The translations under genes were made by a program, and so were the position numbers. A stretch of 64,000 bases of DNA from Vicugna vicugna (lineage: Eukaryota). Under the pieces are notes generated by a model. It saw only the letters and a program-made list of their open reading frames with translations. It made no database searches and was not told where the DNA came from. The DNA lies in contig MU058844.1 of assembly GCA_013265495.1 (NCBI GenBank), positions 8,121,260 through 8,185,259 on the forward strand, in the 5' to 3' direction. How positions within the stretch are numbered: the stretch's first letter is position 1; the number at the start of each line of letters is the position of its first letter. This document shows positions 22,536-36,769 of the stretch, one piece after another.

Positions 22536-25307
22536 ATTTGATGAACTGAATTCTAATTAGAAATGATTGGTATTGATAAGCTGCACTCACCTTTTAGAAA
22601 AAAATTACATTAAGTATATACGGAATTATCACTTTCATCTGAAAGTAGTTCATTCACTGTGGGCACTAACCTCTGCTCGCTCAATGAAAATTAACTGAGA
22701 AAAACCATCAGGTTAATTGGCTTACCCAAACGTCTTTGGCACTCACTTGCCACTTAACCTATAAACCCTTCATTAGAGTCCCTCCTTAGGGATAAGCCAT
22801 TATATTTAGAAAGCTCCAGTTAATATGCAAATACTTAGCTACCAGGGTAGGGAAACGAGAAATACTATAACATCTTAGTTGGGGGGTAAGCAATGCGTTT
22901 CAAATTCCTAGAGAAAGTCTGGGCAGGGCAAGTTCATTTCAGTGCAGGGCGCTATGCTGTTTGGGGCGGTGTGAGCTTTCTATGCCCCGCAGAAACTGAA
23001 GGCCTTATGCTTTAGGCTTGAATTTATCATTACGCATGTAACACATTCCTCAACTTGCCTGTTTCCATCGTGATCTCCTCCTACTAAATTGTAAACCCTT
23101 CCATGGCAGAGATGCTGGCTTTCTAAGCAACTAGCACTTTTTAAAAATTGTTAAATTGTCACTGTCTAGATGTGGAATGAAAAGAGGCCGGAGAAGTAAC
23201 AAAGAGCCTTTGTCAGACATCCAACGGACAGGGCCGTCCAGTAACTGCCTGCTTTGTGAAAAGGTAAGTCTGAGAATGCTCAGCCTTGTAACTAAAATGA
23301 ATATTCTTAGTGGCCCCCTCTTCCATCCCTTTAGGAGATTTTCCTATAAGCAGTAAAGGAGTTTTACGAGCTACATCTGACACAGCAAGCCTCTCCAGCT
23401 CCCCCAAGAAACAAGAAAAGTAGGCTTCCGATTAAACATGGCCCCAGCTGCAGCCGAACTAAGCCCCAGAGCTGTTAGAGACTCTGATGCACTCTCATAG
23501 AGCCGCCCAAGTCTAGAGTTTCCCCAGACACTCTCTTGTCTTCATAGGAGAAAATGAAAAGGATGAACCTTGGCTAAATAAGTACCCTTAGTTTCCCAAA
23601 TCAATCAACGCTGCCACTTTCAGAGTTTCGACAGGAAACAGTCAAGAAAAGAACTTTAAGTAACCCAGAAAACTAGTTAATAATCCATATAAAAGCAAGC
23701 TGATGATTTAAAGTTAAAAATTCAGTTACCCTAAAATGTTTTAAAAGTATTAATGTGAAAAGCATTCTGCAAGATTAACGCAAACACTGACAGCATGAGA
23801 TGATCATGAAAACCATACTTCAGGTATTTAATTTCACTGATTAAAATAATCCTCTACCTTACTATGAGCTTCTTAGGAACTCGAAATACTTTTCAGTGCC
23901 TTGCAATTGGCATGATAAAAATATTAATGTTTTCCAATTATTTGTTCACTCTATCCATCTCATGCCACCCTAATAAAAAATACAGTACAACTCACCTCCT
24001 TCACACTGCACTAAATTGACTTCAATCACTCTCAACTTAAAAGCTTAATGAACATACCTTTATTCCTAGTTTTCCACACCTGAAATTAGTGACCACTAGC
24101 AGAGGTACGATGACGCTTTTGATTCCCCAGAGTTAACTCCAAGTCTAGGAATCACTTTAATACACTACTTTGTATAATTTATGAATTTCAGTTTCTTGGG
24201 TTTTCATAAATTCACAGATTCATGTTCTATAAAAAGGTGATTAACTTTTTGTTGTTTACATTTCATACTGTTTTCCTCTTGAGCATTTGTGGTATGTTTT
24301 AAAGTATGACTGGTTCCTTATAATTTTTCTATTTTAAAAAGTTTACAAATGTTTGACTGTTTTTAAGATAAGAATTAGTATCAAATTATAGTTTTTTTAA
24401 TATAGTTCAAAGCTTTCAAAAATGATTGGCCTCTACTGAACACAAGCATAACCACGAGATCCCAAGAACACCTGCTTTGTGCATGGTCTTGATCTTTGTG
24501 CTTTCATAGAATAAAAGGTGGTGTATCTTTTTGTGCTTAAGGATTTGATTATCCAAATGCATTTGAAACTGGCAGGCATGGCACGCTGAGAATACACCTC
24601 CAGTTAAAATACTTGCCTTCGAATATAAATGTGCTGTACAGATTTCAGAATAGAGATCCTAAAGTACATGGAGGCTTTTCCAACTAGTCATGTACTACCT
24701 CAAAAAAAAAAAAAAATCACATCCTTGAGGAGGGCTCATAAAACCTTCACTTAAGGGAAATAGGAAGTGTCTTCCGGCCATGACCACTGCCTGGGAACCC
24801 ACTAAGAGCTCTCACTCCTAGACCACAGAAGACAGGGGAAATTTTTTTAAATCTAAGAAACTTGCAGGGTGGGAAAATATTCATGCTACATCATCCAGAT
24901 GTTTGGCTTATCTGTAAGCCTACCTCCTGTCTTTTCTGAATTAAGTCTTAACCAAATCACCTTTCTTTGTCCACACCTCTCCCTCAGCCAACGAGACTAG
25001 CCAAGAAGCTTCTTGTAGCCAAATGTTTGCAACGATCTTTTGTCTTTCCTACTTCCACATGTTGCCAACGTACCCCCCCCCAAGGTCTTCATGTTATAAT
25101 AGCAACTTGTATTTGTTTCACGCTTTTATATTTTACAAAATGTGCTCACGTTCAGGACTGTCTTGAATCCTTGTCACCACCCTCTGACTAAGAAGATGTG
25201 GATGCGAGAAGTTGAGAGTCCTGCCTGAGGCAAGTGCATCAGTCAAGACCAGAGCCATCCACACTGGAAGCCAAACCTCAGTTCCTCGTCTACGTCTGCT
25301 CTCCCTA

Positions 25308-25811
25308 AGTTATGGGCTGAATGGTGGCCCCCAAAATTCATCTGTTGAATCCCTAAGTAGTTCAGAAAGTGACTGGATTTGGAGAACAGACCTTTACAGA
25401 GGTGATTAAGTTAAAATGGGGCCTTCAGGCTAGGCCATAATGCAATCTAACTGGTGTCCTCATAAGAAGAGAAATTTGGACAGAGAGACAGTAGAGCACA
25501 AGTGAACAGAAAAAAAGACTATGTAAGCCCAATGAGCAGGTGGCCATCTGTAAGCCAGGATGAGGCCTCAGGGGAAACCAAACCTTCTGACACCTTGATC
25601 TGGGGCTTTTACCCTCCAGAACTGTGAGAAAATAAATTTCTTTCTTTCTTTTTTTTTAATGGAGTTACTGGGGATTGAATCCAGGACATCGTGCATGCTA
25701 AGCCTGTGCTCTAACACTGAACTACACCCTCCTCTGAAGAAAGTGCATTTCTGTTGTTTAAGCCACCTAGTCTGCGGTATTTTGTCCAGGCTGTCCTAAC
25801 AAACGAATACA
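25308..25811 (+). mobile_element. MaLR LTR (MLT1A/B-like) interrupted by a SINE
   Basis: GTTATGGGCTGAATGGTGGCCCCCAAAATTCA...CCTCCAGAACTGTGAGAAAATAAATTTC|SINE|TTTCTGTTGTTTAAGCCACC...AAACGAATACA. Confidence 0.88.
25641..25734 (-). mobile_element. Vic-1-type SINE nested in MLT1
   Basis: T tail, ATGGAGTTACTGGGGATTGAATCCAGGAC...GCATGCTAAGC; degenerate TSD GAAAATAAATTTCT/GAAAGTGCATTTCT. Confidence 0.88.
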
Positions 25812-26686
25812 CCTACTAGACCACAAAGACTGCCGTATATAATCATATACACTAGGCCGTTTATCCTTCAGAGTTTCAGGGAAACTCGATTTCACACGAA
25901 AGTTATATTTGTCTGATACTGTGTCTGGGGCTCTGTTTTTGATGACAGAGGTTGAACTGATTTGTGAATATAAAAAGGATTTTAAGAAGTATCTTATTCT
26001 TAGTTCTGCCAGGATTTGTCTACATTCTTTACTAGACAGGGAAAAAAAAATTCCTAATCACGCCAATGGGGCATTAACTCCAACTAAACACACGTAATAA
26101 AGCTCTAGCGCTACTTCACGTTTACAGTGAGACTGCAGCGCTCACACTGCACACACACGTTATCTCATTTCACTCCAGCACTGCCGTCCAACAGGAGACT
26201 GAAGCCGGCTGGGATAAGACAGTTAAAGAAGAGCACATACTTAACAGGAGGTAGAGAAAGACCCTGAACATTGTTCTCTAACTATTCCATTTAACCTTCA
26301 AAGCGGCTCTGTTCCTCCACATGGACAATAAATCTCCCAAAAGAAGTGTTTGTAAGACGATTTGAAAGTAAAATCCTAGTCTATTATTGCATTTTGTCTG
26401 GAATCCATATATCTGCCCTCAAGATGCAATAAAGCTATAAAAAATGCTTTTGTGCCATATTCTTTTAATTTCTGCATTTCAAAAAGAAAGTCTTCTTTTA
26501 ACACTAAGGAGTCTTGGAAAACGTGAGTCAAAGGAAGGTGTTAGTTGTCTTCCAGTGACGGGTGAAAAAGGCAGCTTTATGAAAGCCAAACACTAACCTA
26601 TAATTTCATATTACAAAATATAATAGAAAACATATTCTGGCAGGAATTTTGCTGCCTGCATCCCTTCTCAGCTATAAAATAGTTAT

Positions 26687-26710
26687 ACACACACACACAC
26701 ACACACACAC
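26687..26710. repeat. (AC)12 microsatellite
   Basis: Direct read. Confidence 0.95.
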
Positions 26711-27644
26711 ATCTGAGAAAGATCAGACTTGAAACATATTGCAGCAACATACACGTACAACATGGGAAGTTTCACCAGGGTTGCCTGTGATGACAGGATA
26801 CACAGACGTCCCTACAACAAAATCAGACTCACAGCTAAATCAGAGAGTCTTTTTGGACACAAGAATATATGAGCCCTGATGAAAAACAGATAGGCAAGGG
26901 GGAAAACACTCTAATTTAAAACTAACACAGTATCCAAACATTTGGTCCACAAAGCACCAGCAAGTCGCTAATTTGTCATGGAAGGCAAGAGATACTTCAC
27001 CCAAGAATGAGGAGAGAAAGAGGTAGTAACTCCCCCATTAAAATTTATCAACATTCTAATATATATTACTATCTAACAGAGATGTCATTCATTGACTAAT
27101 CAAGAAATAAATTAAACTTCAGGAAGCCCTGACACTTTTTGCTCCATAGTCCTTTAAATAAATCACATGGTTAGGCACTAAAAATACACAGGCGGGATGT
27201 TAAACGCAAACTATCAGCTCTCTCAGATCTCGTGTTATAAAAAGACAAATTATGAAGCCCAAACATGTCCCTTTAAGACTCTCATGCATGGCCTATTTCA
27301 CCCTTTTGCTGACCCCCGAATCCTGAAACTTGGAACAGTTGGGTATGAGAAGGGTCTTCTTTAGCTCTCCGTATCCGCAACTGCTAAATCCCCCCATCAG
27401 ACCACAGGATCTTTTTTATTCAATCTTGACCCTCACTGCCTTCACTAAACATCATTCCTGTCACCAATAATTTTTTTTAAACATACAAGTAACCAGGCTA
27501 ATTCAATAAATTCTCAAGTCAAGAAATGAACAAGTAGAACCTAAGTGTAAGAATGGAAGACAGTATTTAGTCAGAGGAATCTAAGCACAAGAGATCTAAT
27601 TTTTCACTCCAATCTTTAAAAAAAATTTTAAAAACATACCTTCT

Positions 27645-27770
27645 GGGGAGAGGGTATCGCTCAGTGATAGAACACATGCTTAGCATATAGCTCAGTGATA
27701 GAACACATGCTTAGCATGCACAAGGTCTTGGGTTCAATCCCCCGTACCGCCATTAACAAAAAGTTACCAA
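27645..27770 (+). mobile_element. Vic-1-type SINE with internal 31-bp duplication
   Basis: GGGGAGAGGG, then TAT(C/A)GCTCAGTGATAGAACACATGCTTAGCA twice, then TGCACAAGGTCTTGGGTTCAATCCCC. Confidence 0.92.
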
Positions 27771-28259
27771 AAAACCCACGTTTTATCTGAAGCGACTCCT
27801 AAAAATGCGTGTTAACGTAAAGCGCACACACTCACACACTTTAGAGCTAGCCACATCTCAATTCAAATTCTTCCTCTTGGACATACTAACTATAGGATTC
27901 AGTTTTCTCATCTATAAATGGCTGTTCCTGGTGAAGATAAAATAAGATAACAATTAAATAAAATATGGAGGTTAACTCCTGGCTCATAGTATGTCATAGA
28001 ACAGAAAGAAAAAAATGTCACAGGACTTATGCCATGGGGTACAGCCTAATTAGGACATTCTGGGAAGCAGCCTCACCAGAAGGGTGACAGTTGCATATCA
28101 TCAAAATAGCTAGACTTGGGTATTTCTATTTGACAAAAGATCATCAATTCTAATAAAATCATAATGTGATCTGCACACTATTTTTTTTTAAGCTTCTCAA
28201 GGCCTGTTTTTTCTTGCACAAAGTAGGAAAAGAATTACCCTAGGCATTTCCAATCTCTT

Positions 28260-28260
<1 letters not shown>

Positions 28261-28296
<36 letters not shown>
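28261..28296. repeat. Compound (CT)7(CA)11 microsatellite
   Basis: Direct read. Confidence 0.95.
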
Positions 28297-28297
<1 letters not shown>

Positions 28298-28321
28298 TAT
28301 TATGTTTTCAAAGACAGCAAG

Positions 28322-28402
28322 TTTTTTTTTTAATGGAGGGATTGAACCCAGGACCTCCTGCATGCTAAGCACTCACTCTTCCACTGAGCTATACCTACCC
28401 CC
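28322..28402 (-). mobile_element. Vic-1-type SINE
   Basis: Poly-T, GGATTGAACCCAGGACCTCCTGCATGCTAAGC...CCACTGAGCTATACC; TSD AAAGA(C/T)AGCAA. Confidence 0.92.
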
Positions 28403-29213
28403 AAAGATAGCAACTTCTAAAAAGTGGGATAATATATATTAAGCCTTTCATATCTTTGTTAACAAAAAATAAAAGTCAACATGCTGTTTGAAAATGTCCT
28501 CTTTATATTCCTCATATAAGCCAACCCTATGCAGGTGGGCAGTAAACTGGCTAGAATTTGTGATGGTCTGGAATACGATCTAGAAAAGTTTGCAATCAGA
28601 AGTGTGGTCACCTGATGAAAAAAAGGTAATGTCACACACTCAGTCATGGTCAGTCCACTCAGAGCAGACGGATTTTCACGCTAAAACACTCACATTAAAA
28701 GTTGCCTTGGGGAGGATAACGGAGCAGGCAGCCCCCAAAGTATATGGGTCCTGCTTTCTAATGATTTCTTTTCTGCGGGCATCCTGGAGAGAAGTTCAAG
28801 CTTTCTAATGGGGATATAACTGTACTACACTCTCCAAGGGCATTTACCACTTTCAAAAGGAACTCCAAACTCTGCTGTCTTTAAAAAGCAGCAGGTCATT
28901 GGGAAAAGTCATTTTTCAAAGCTCCAGTGAACCGGCACTCTGCTTTTAGCCAGCCACAGAGATAAGGTGTGCAGTCTCAGCGACAGAATCACCTTTCTTT
29001 ACTTTTGAATACTTGTCCATTTGAGGGCTCTCAAGAGGAATCAATGACTTACTCAGGTCATCGTAAATGGCTTGGACTGTGTGGATGCATGAGTTTTGAC
29101 GAAGCAGAGAGGAAAATCATCCTCAACTACACATTTTAGATGACCCTTTCATACAGGTAATAAGAATCCAAGATAAAGGCATTTTCCTATCCACTCCTGC
29201 CAAAAAAAATAAA

Positions 29214-29259
29214 ATCATAATCATCATCATCATCATCACCATCATTATCATCTCATCAT
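29214..29259. repeat. Imperfect (CAT)n microsatellite
   Basis: Direct read. Confidence 0.85.
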
Positions 29260-31201
29260 GGCCACTGCTCAGAATTTAAGTGAAAATAAAGCTCCAAGAG
29301 GGAAAGGCATGTGTTTTTTATTTCCCATTCTGAAAGTGCACACAGGTATCTGCAGTTCAAATGGCAGTGAATTCGTCTGGAATGGGAGAGACCACAGGGT
29401 TCACACATATAAAGATCAACAGTTGTTTTAGAAATTAACTACACCACATCTTAAACTTCTACATAAGTTCTAAACTGATCCAGGTGTTATCATCAGGGTA
29501 GAAACAGATGCAGTGTTAGCACATTAAACTGTGAATCCGGCTCCAACTCTGCTTAATGGACTCCGCATGCTGAAAACGATCATCGTGGTAGGAAGTGTAC
29601 TCAACCAAATGCCTGACTTTCAAACAAAACAAGAGTTTCATTACCTCCATTATGCTCACCAACAACTACTCTGGGACACATTGTTTTTACACTGATTACG
29701 GTGCATTAGTAGCTTTGAGGGCGGGAAATAATATTAGTAATGCAACTTACAGAAAAACAAAGCCACGGTTGTCACAGGGGTGCTGACATTGTGACCCCAA
29801 TGCTGTCACCACAATAAAGTCAACACTGATTGCACCAGCCTGTCATAGCCTGTGTTTTCTCTGGATCCCCAAAGTGGCTAAAGTTGGTGAGAGGAATGAT
29901 GAGGAAGTTTCTGTAAGAACCACCATTATTTGCTGCATGTAGAGAACTTTTTAGTTTTCAAGTATTTTCATATCCACCATGTGGTGGTACATACATTTTC
30001 TCTGTCTTTTTCGTGGAAACAGAAGACTCTCATCCAAGATCACACAGTGAGTAAGGAATGAGGGAAAATCATCAGATCTTTGCACTGGTGTTCTAGTGTT
30101 ACTTCTGCCACTCCGATGTCTCCAGTCATGAAATTTCTGCACTGGAGAGGTCCCGGCCCCCATTTCATTTACAATTTAAAAAAAAACCCACAAAAAACCC
30201 AAGCAATCCAAATAACAACAATAACAACAAAAAACCCCACCCTGGCTTATTCTAGAAGAACAGTAACATACAAGAAAGCCATACGACTGTGTTTCAGTCA
30301 TTTCCCTTTGGCCCACACCATTTCTTCTGCAACTAACAGCCCTGACTAAGGGGTCGAACTGATGCTAAATTAGTGCAACAAACTGGACAGCTGTCTGGAA
30401 CAGAAAGGTTTTCACCATGGAGTGTTCTGTGTTTACTGACTTATCTATTGACCAAAAAGCCTTTCAGTCTTTAAATAACAACTTCAAAAACAGACTATTA
30501 AAATAATGCCAAACTATTTCTTTATAGTTTTTCCACTTCCAGAGTTCAGCTGATGAAAATTAATGGAATTTTTAAACTCTACTGAGAAGTCACCGTTGTA
30601 TAGTTCTTGAACCAAGTCATTTAATTTTTAAATCCATCCTATTTCCTGAGCTTGAGCCTGAGTACTTATTTTGCGTCAAGCAGACTTCAGTAGATGGTTT
30701 ACCCTGAGACAAGCCAGCTTCCAAGTATAACTCACATTAAGAATAAAAGCTTTTGTTATGATAAGTAGACAACATACGTCCAAATCACGTCTCAAGGGTT
30801 GGGGCTTCAAGAACAGGTATCAGAGTTTTTGTCCAAAAATACTTCTGAAAACTGGACCTCTATTTTTAATTTTTAATCTAACATTAACTTATTTTTTGCC
30901 CTTTTTGACTAATGCATATATCATATAGATGAGAAACTAAGTAAATCAGAGGATAGAAAGAGAAGAAAAATGATGGCAGAGTAGTAGAAAAAAATTCTGA
31001 GCAGATTTGGGAGAGAGAACACCAACCACACAAAATCCCAAGCCGTCCCATCTCAACAATGATGAAGGAATTGAGCCAAGTCAAAGGGTTTTGCTTCTTC
31101 TGTCCTCTGGCCTGTGCTTCTCAGTAGAAGAAATGAAGCTAGATAATCTTAATTACTGGCCAAAAAGACAAATTACAACCCCAAACATAGATGTTGCTGT
31201 C

Positions 31202-31665
31202 TGTATTATCTTCCTATTGTTATGTAATGAATTACTACACACTTAGCTGCAAAAAACCCCCCACAGATTTAACATCTTCCAGTTCTAGAGGCCGTAAGTC
31301 CAAAAGGTCAAGTTGAAATGAGCTCAAATCAAGGTATCAGAAGGACTGTGCTCCTTCTGGAGACTCAGGAGAATCTGGTTCCTTTTCCAGCCGAGAGAGG
31401 CCATTCCTTGATTCATAGGCTCTTTCTCCACCTTCCAACTCAAAATTTAATGACATCATACAATCTCTCCTCTGACTCTGACTCTTTTGCCTCCCTCTTT
31501 CCATTGTAAGAATCCCTGTGATTGCACCAGGCCCACCCAATCACACAGGATAATCTCCTATCTTAAAATCCTTAAAGTCTCTTTTGCCATGTGAGACAGC
31601 ATAGTCACAGCTTGTGAGGATTAGGACGTGGCTATATTTGGGAGGCTGTTATTCTGCCTACCTCA
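31202..31665 (-). mobile_element. MaLR LTR (MLT1D-like)
   Basis: TGTATTA...CAGTTCTAGAGGCC..AAGTCC...TCTTTTGCCATGTGA...ATTAGGACGTGG...TTATTCTGCCTACCTCA; near TSD CTGTC/GTGTC. Confidence 0.88.
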
Positions 31666-32439
31666 GTGTCCTACTTAGTCAGGCTTCACCAAGCACATTG
31701 GCAAGCTTATCAAAATCATTTCCCGACTGAAATATACAAGGTAACTCCATCTCCGTCGGTAAACAGAAGCAGGCATCCACAGTTTATACGTGCAGATAAA
31801 CCAAGAAAAATTACCAGCATTCCTTTTTTTTTTCTATAGTAACCAAAAGAAAACATGATACAAAGGGCTGGAGCAACACATGGGTAAGACAAAGTGGAGA
31901 GTAAGTTTACATGTAGAACAAACAAAGACTCGACACTTTTTCTGATTTGAAGGAGAGGAACAATTTTCATAGCAAAGCTCCACTCAGCTTTCATCACTCA
32001 AATGCCCTCTAAAATCACTCTTGGACCTCAAATGAAATTTAGAGAATCTGACCTTGTCATTAAGGTAAGTCATTAGTTAATATTCAAAATGTTAACAACT
32101 AATGGAGAATGGGCAATCCTGGAACAGAGTTTTATAGGGCCTCTGCTATGTTCAGAAGTAATCGTTAAGTAGTTGGACCTTGGGGAGTTCCAGGTGGTCT
32201 CAGCTGAGGGCACAGAATGGTCAAGGAAGAGAACAGCCCCAGCAGGGTAGCAGGCAGTAGCAATTTACCAACTGCAATTGCCATACCAGTGAGAACCAGC
32301 TAAACGTTAATGTCCCAACAGAACTGAGGTAGTTGGCCAATGATTGCCACAGTGATTATGCATCATATTCCTAATCAGGGAAATAAAGTTAACTGGGAAA
32401 AAAAATCCAATTAAAAAAAAAAGTTGATACCATTTTAGG

Positions 32440-33400
32440 CAGGGAGAATGATTAGATTAACAGAGCACAGTATCCAAACAGATCCTGATAAAATGGAATG
32501 ACCAACTGAAGTAAACAAAGTTAAGTTTAAAAAGACTTAGATCCTAAGAACTAAAATTGGGCCCAGAGCCAGCAGCTGCAGGATGGGAAGATGTGAGTCA
32601 GCTACATATGCATGGAAAAATACTAGGAGATTTCAGAAAAATACTTGGAGATTTTTTTAAAAAAAGGGCAACTCAGTGAGTCAGTGTGATGTGGCCACCA
32701 AAGAAAAAAAATCAAATGCAAACTCATACTGCAATGAAAACAAATACAACGCATAATCAAAAAGCTATAGTATCTACAACAAGGATAAAATAAACTCACT
32801 ATTATTATGTATTGTAATTAGCTATTACCATTATTCTTATTGATTGTTGCTGTTATACACACTAACAATAAAATAATAGTGATGATACATATTTATTACT
32901 TAGTTTTGTAACAGACTCTATATATAACAGAAAAATTAAAATTCACCATCTACTTTGTAGGATGCTCTAAGATTTAAATTAATATCCTCATTTTCAGAAT
33001 GATTAAGGAAATAATCCAAGGTCACCCAACTTTAGGGAACCATTCTGGAAGATAACCTTAAAAACCAGAAAGCATTCAAAGAAACATACAAAATGACCTG
33101 GGGATCTTGAAACCATGTCACTTTGGGAAGATATAAAGAAAACAGGCTTATTTATCCAAGTAAAAAGTAACTGAGAAGAGAGAGTAAATTTCTTCAAATT
33201 ACCATCACACCAAAGAAGAATTTAGACTTGATCTATACATAGCATAAAGTCAGAGATCACAGAATTACTATCTGATAGATGTTGAGCTACACGTGGAAGA
33301 ACTTGAACTGTTACATATATCCAGTGATGGAACACTCCACCTCGGGTTTTAGTGAACTCTCCATCACCACAAGTCCAAACACAGAGGCTAAATGATCATG
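32440..33400 (+). mobile_element. L3/CR1 relic in two pieces (about 32440-32740 and 33060-33400)
   Basis: CAGTGTGATGTGGCCACCAAAGAAAAAAAATCAAATGCAA and AGTGAACTCTCCATCAC...CAGAGGCTAAATGA match CR1/L3 landmarks. Confidence 0.6.
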
Positions 33401-36400
33401 ACAGACTCGTATTACATGAGGGCTACAGTAGACATACTTCGAGAGCATTCCACATTTTGGGATTCAGTGATTCAATATCCCTGGATACCACTTCTTCTAA
33501 AACACATTCCCATGACCCAGTGTTTCTTACTCACTAAGTCATTTATACAGAACTTTCATGATTTCTGCCATCCGTATGTACTAACTGTATTACTAATTTA
33601 CTTAGTATCTTCCTTTAAACTGCCTCACTTTTGTTTTCCTTATTATATTTTGCCTTGTTCTTAGCACTATAACCATGGACTGTCTGACATGCTAATCATT
33701 TTTAATAAAACCCCACAAAATAAATATCGAAATCAAATGTTCAGGTGAATACCTACTAAAATCAGACACACGTACCACACTTTAAGCACACTGTTGTAAC
33801 ATCTCAGTTACAAAAGTGCATACGTTTTTCTAATTAGATACTTTTTCCACAAATTTTCTAAGCCTTGCAAATCACCTTTAAGAGACCTGGTGGGGAATTA
33901 TCACACTTTGGTATAGTTGTGGTACTGTTGCTGTGTTTACTCTGTTTATAAGAGGACAGTGGGAAAACATTCCCCAGGCTTCCTACTTACTTGGCTGTAT
34001 GCACCTCATGCTTTGGAAACCAATTATTTGTATAATGGACAACAGCCTTAAGTGTCAAGACAGACTCCTGATCACCATTAACTTTTCTTAAAGTTGAGCT
34101 CAAAAATCTTGAATACATTATTGAATTTGTCCACATTCCAATTAGCTAACAGATTAACAGCTGTATGTTTGGCATATTTGTTTGAGACGTCCATTTTTCT
34201 TGCAGACTTATTTGGCAACATACCAGACATTTCATGAGACTGAAACAACTGAATGAATAAAGTAGTATTTTGAGGAAAAGAAACAAGATGTATCTAACTG
34301 CTTTTCCTCCACAGCAACCTTGAGAAAGGCTCTCCACAAAGAGCAGAGACTTCTCAGAACCTCAACAACGTACATTCCCAAATGTAGAAACTTCTAGTAG
34401 ACTTACTTTTCATTTCATTGACACGGCTTTGTCACCTCACCAGTAATTTTGAAAATATCTGCCATAAACTGAAACAAGGCTCGTAAGAAATGATCAAGGT
34501 TCAGATGGGGATTCTCACCCAGCTTTAGCACCTACTTTAGTTGATAAATGTTTGTCCAGCTGGTTTTATTGGTTTATTATGCTGTGGCGAAACAAAATGC
34601 TTTCCACCTTGCTACCTTAAAAAACAAACAACATTCTCATTAAAATACACTTTAGAAAACATGGCAGCATTCTAAGTTCCACTCCATAAAGTTTGTTGAC
34701 ATTTTGGAAAAGAAGACAAAAAGGAAAGAGGAAACCTTTCACTAAGAGAAAGCAGCCACGTCTAACGACAGTCAGACTGAGTTTTGTGCTAGATTGATGC
34801 CATCTTGGGTAGTCGTTGGACACTATTGAATCTCTTGGATAATGCCTTCCTTGACCATGACTCAAACTTTACATTCAGTGGGTGGAAGCAGTAGGGAACT
34901 GGGAATGTAAATCTGAAACTAGAACATTTGCTTCCTAAGTCAGACCTATGACATCTCCTTCTGTCCTCTATCCCTCTTTCCTCCTTTAAAGAAGTTGTTT
35001 CATTTCTTTGGGTGACAAATTCAGTTAAAGCTAAAATTCAGAGAATTTTAAAACTTTCTGCTAGGATTCAAAAGCTGCTTTGAATTAGGAGCTGCCAGTG
35101 GCATGCAATTTATTTGTAGTTATTGGGGTTTTGTTTGTTTGTTTGGTGAAGCCTTATGAATTAACCAGAGTTTAATAAAACTTTGCCACTGCTTTGCAAA
35201 AGAAATATTGGGGTTACAGAAGATATAACCCAGGTAATAAAGTAGGACAAATTATCACTCAGGACAAAACATAGAGGTATTTTAAGCCACTTACTAAGAT
35301 AACATTTGTGATTAAAAAAAAAAAAAAACAACTGTTGAAATAGTCCCCAGTAGTAAATTATTTATTCAGCCTGAAAACTTGTAGTACAAGTTCCACTTAT
35401 AAAAGAACTGCACACATAATTAAAAACAGCAACTGTATCTCAAATAAAATGTACATCAAGTCTGACTATAGCGAAAAAGGGGGGAAGGCTGAAGCAAGTT
35501 TAGCAAGGAACTCTGCTATGTAACAACACAACTTGCAAAGTTATATTTCAGGATTCTTTTCCTTTTTAACTTCACATTCAAAAAGAATTTGGCCACATGG
35601 CCAGTGCAAAAAACTAAAGACACCAAGTACGTTCGAGTCCATGAAAAAAAGTAGTAATTAACCTGGTTACCCAGTCTGAGAAGCTCACCAGATCTTTAGG
35701 TCATTTCAAAATGGTAATGGTTGAGTATTTCACAGATGAAATATTCTATGTACTCCACTTCCTATCAATTATAAAGGCAACTCTGAGCTCTGAGTCCAAT
35801 TTTCGTCAAGTGACGACACAGTAATATTAAGGAATGCAAGGAGGACATCTATACATCTCAAAGACTTTTCTCAACAGTTTTTAGCCTCACCAAGAGTCCT
35901 AGTACAATCCTTTAGAAGAGTCACAGTCCCAACGACATTCTTTGAGTTTGCACAGAGTCAGACAGAAAGAGAGAGTGCACAATGGAGCAGAAATCCAGGG
36001 CCAGGGGTTCCAGCGTCAGTACGACCACAATGTGTTTGAACATCTACCTCCTCATCTGAGAAAAAAAAATTAAGAGTCTGAGACCAATCTTTCCCCTCCT
36101 TTTGGGGTCATTAAAAAAAAAAACAACAACAACTATGAAAATTCCTATACTAAGCATTTCAGTAAAAGTACATCATCAATAAAAACGCTGACCTGAAGAG
36201 AGAGAGCACACACAAACCCAAAGCTCACAGAGTGACTGTGATAATCCCATTGCCTCTTAATAAAGATACACGCATTCAACAAGTATTTATTAAGTACCTG
36301 TGATCTACCAGGCCCTGTATTATAAGAGGACCAGGCCTGGGCTCTGGTCAGTGAGACACAATAAACTCTTCTGGGAAATATCTTCTCATTGGTAAGAGAG

Positions 36401-36769
36401 AAAAGCACTCCTCATCCCTTCCCCAATCAGTGACTTTCTATGAGAATGTGATGGAACTGCAGCCACCGTACAAAGGGGAGAGACACTGCTGACAAGGATG
36501 GACAGACCATGAGTCCTTTATACCATGGTTAAGTCATCAAACCAACACCTAGACCACCTTCCAATAGACTTCTTAATAAAGAAGAAATAACTTTATTATA
36601 GTTCTAGCCACTTTTAATCAGCTGTTATTTGCCCCCAAAGTTAAAGCAACTGACAGTACCTTTCTCTACCTATTTGATATTTCATATATCTCATTTGCCA
36701 TTCAGAACTAACAAATACTCAATGTTTGTATTACTTATTTCAACTAAGCTTTTCTTTTAGAAACAAAAG

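Noticed and set aside
29775..29830. Possible pre-miRNA hairpin
   Set aside because: Stem is short (about 14 bp) with a bulge and a mismatch, and no known mature miRNA is recognised.
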